Translations under genes and position numbers: made by a program
The notes under the pieces: model-generated
The model's database searches: none
What the model was told of the DNA's origin: nothing
What the model saw: only the letters and a program-made list of their open reading frames with translations
Shown: in pieces, positions 44,649-45,911 of the stretch
Position numbering within the stretch: position 1 is the stretch's first letter
Layout: every line of letters begins with the position of its first letter
NCBI GenBank assembly: GCA_002385415.1
Contig: DGDL01000088.1
Span: forward strand, 3,117-49,027
DNA from: Clostridiales bacterium UBA3953
GTDB lineage: Bacteria; Bacillota; Clostridia; Oscillospirales; CAG-272
DNA length: 45,911 nt
Direction of reading: 5' to 3'

Positions 44649-45482
44649 TTACTGTCCGAATATCTCTGCCATAAATTCGCGCGCGGCGCAAAATTCCGCG
44701 CCAATGTCGGCACCGAACGAGCATTCGGCTGTAACACCGCCGCGATAACCCGCGTCGAGCAGCGCGTGTGCAAGCCCGCGCAGGTAGTCGCCGCCGTTTT
44801 TCCCGGGAAATACCCGCTCGGGCGGTTCGGCAACATGGATGTGGCAGAGCATGTCTGCGTATTTTTTCACCTCTTCGGACGGCTCGCCCGCGCGGTACAT
44901 GTGGTATGCGTCGGCCAGCAGCCCGAAATTGGGGGCACTGACGCGCCGGACAATCTCGGCGCCTTCTGCCAGCGTGTTTATGAAGTTGCATTCCGCGGCG
45001 CAGAGCGGCTCGAGCGCAAGCACAAGGCCATACCCGCGCATTATCTCCGCGGCCTCGGCGCAAAAGCGCGCAAACAGCGCTTTGGCATCTTCGGTGCTCA
45101 TGCCCTCTGGCAGTGCCCTTGCCGAGCCACTGCCGAGCACAATCAGTCTGCCGCCGAGCTGCTTTGCCCGTTTTGACGCCGCGCGAACAAACTCGAGTGC
45201 TGCCGCATAGTCCTCGGGGCTGCCGAGTATTTTATATTTGCCGGGGATGAAGCTGTTGAAACACTCGATTCCCAGATTTTCCGTTGCTGCGCGCTCGGCC
45301 TCCTGGTCGGAGAGCGCCATAGCGGCGCCGACCGTGACCTCTGCATAATCGAACCCCGATTCGGCAACGAGCCTGCAGCCGGCGACAATGTTGTCCAGCG
45401 GCGCGCTGCCCGTCGAGGCGACGCCCTGCGGCATGAAGCTGCCGCCGGGGATACAGCAGCCGAGCTTGACATGTTTATCCAT
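44649..45482 (-). CDS. sugar phosphate isomerase/epimerase, xylose-isomerase-like TIM barrel
   Basis: GFDYAE, GSG..R, LEPL...ECNFIN, LAD.YH, HIH.AE..R..PG, Y.G..TAE. ATG after GGAGG. Confidence 0.88.
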   Translation of the reverse strand: MDKHVKLGCCIPGGSFMPQGVASTGSAPLDNIVAGCRLVAESGFDYAEVTVGAAMALSDQEAERAATENLGIECFNSFIPGKYKILGSPEDYAAALEFVRAASKRAKQLGGRLIVLGSGSARALPEGMSTEDAKALFARFCAEAAEIMRGYGLVLALEPLCAAECNFINTLAEGAEIVRRVSAPNFGLLADAYHMYRAGEPSEEVKKYADMLCHIHVAEPPERVFPGKNGGDYLRGLAHALLDAGYRGGVTAECSFGADIGAEFCAAREFMAEIFGQ

Positions 45483-45672
45483 GGTATTAGGCCTCCGCAA
45501 TCATAACGCATGCCGGCAAAATTGCGGCCGGTATTTCATTATATTGTATTCTACCTCACATTTTACCGCAAGTCAAGGCACGCAAGTGAATTTTTATGCT
45601 GTTACCGTTATATAATAAATTGGTCGGAAGATTTGTCCGGGCGAAAGAGAGTGTATTTTTGGACGTTTTTCT

Positions 45673-45892
45673 ATGACGAATGAATATTTGCCCGCGCGCG
45701 GCTACATGCGCGTAATAGTGCTGGCGGTTTATATTGTGATTGGGGCGGCGCTTGGATATGTGGCGCTGCGCTGGCTGCTTGCGCCTGCGCTGCCGTTTAT
45801 CGCCGCATGGGGAATTGCCGCCGCGGCGCAGCCGCTGGCTGATTTTTTGTCGGCGCATACCCGGATACCGAAGCGGGTGCTGTGCATTATAC
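45673..45892 (+). CDS. partial YtvI-like (AI-2E family) membrane protein, cut at the contig end
   Basis: Open frame MTNEYLPARGYMRVIVLAVYIVIGAALGYVALRWLLAPALPFIAAWGIAAAAQPLADFLSAHTRIPKR, with an LPF..A...A....P...FL pattern. Confidence 0.65.
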
Positions 45893-45911
45893 CTGTCTCT
45901 TATACACATCT
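45893..45911 (+). other. Nextera/Tn5 mosaic-end adapter (sequencing artefact)
   Basis: Exact CTGTCTCTTATACACATCT at the last 19 bases. Confidence 0.97.

Noticed and set aside
45893-45911. Tn5/IS50 transposon end
   Set aside because: It is the synthetic mosaic end at the exact contig terminus, with no transposase, so a library adapter.
1-45911. CRISPR array, retron or other defence system, prophage
   Set aside because: No regularly spaced repeat-spacer units, and no cas, reverse transcriptase, integrase or phage structural genes were seen.

Overview
A 45.9 kb piece of a GC-rich Firmicute chromosome, probably a spore-forming Clostridium-like organism. It is likely a metagenomic contig, because it ends in an untrimmed Nextera/Tn5 adapter. 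It opens with a Trp T-box riboswitch and a complete trpEGDCFBA operon, followed by small housekeeping enzymes and a candidate sigma-K spore gene pair. Next is a cell-wall block (walK-yycH-yycI-like genes, murA, dapL, a serine hydrolase, a GT4 glycosyltransferase) in which the walR-like gene sits ~7 kb from walK on the opposite strand. A carbohydrate-type accessory block follows: Gfo/Idh/MocA oxidoreductase, cytoplasmic FG-GAP propeller, AraC regulator, lipoprotein, a glycyl radical enzyme with no activase, and an Asp-box propeller. The window ends with tmRNA (with a mobile-element scar behind it), smpB, citrate synthase, a VanY-like peptidase and a partial ytvI. I saw no CRISPR array, intact mobile element, rRNA or tRNA. 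The strongest leads are: (1) an unannotated, highly structured ~215-nt RNA bounded by a promoter and terminator, upstream of the hydrolase-GT4-walR operon; (2) the short glycyl radical enzyme with unusual motifs and its neighbours; (3) the split WalRK system; (4) a dispersed GGGGAGC...GCTCCCC hairpin family; (5) an expanded T-box leader. All calls come from reading motifs by eye. No database searches or folding programs were run.
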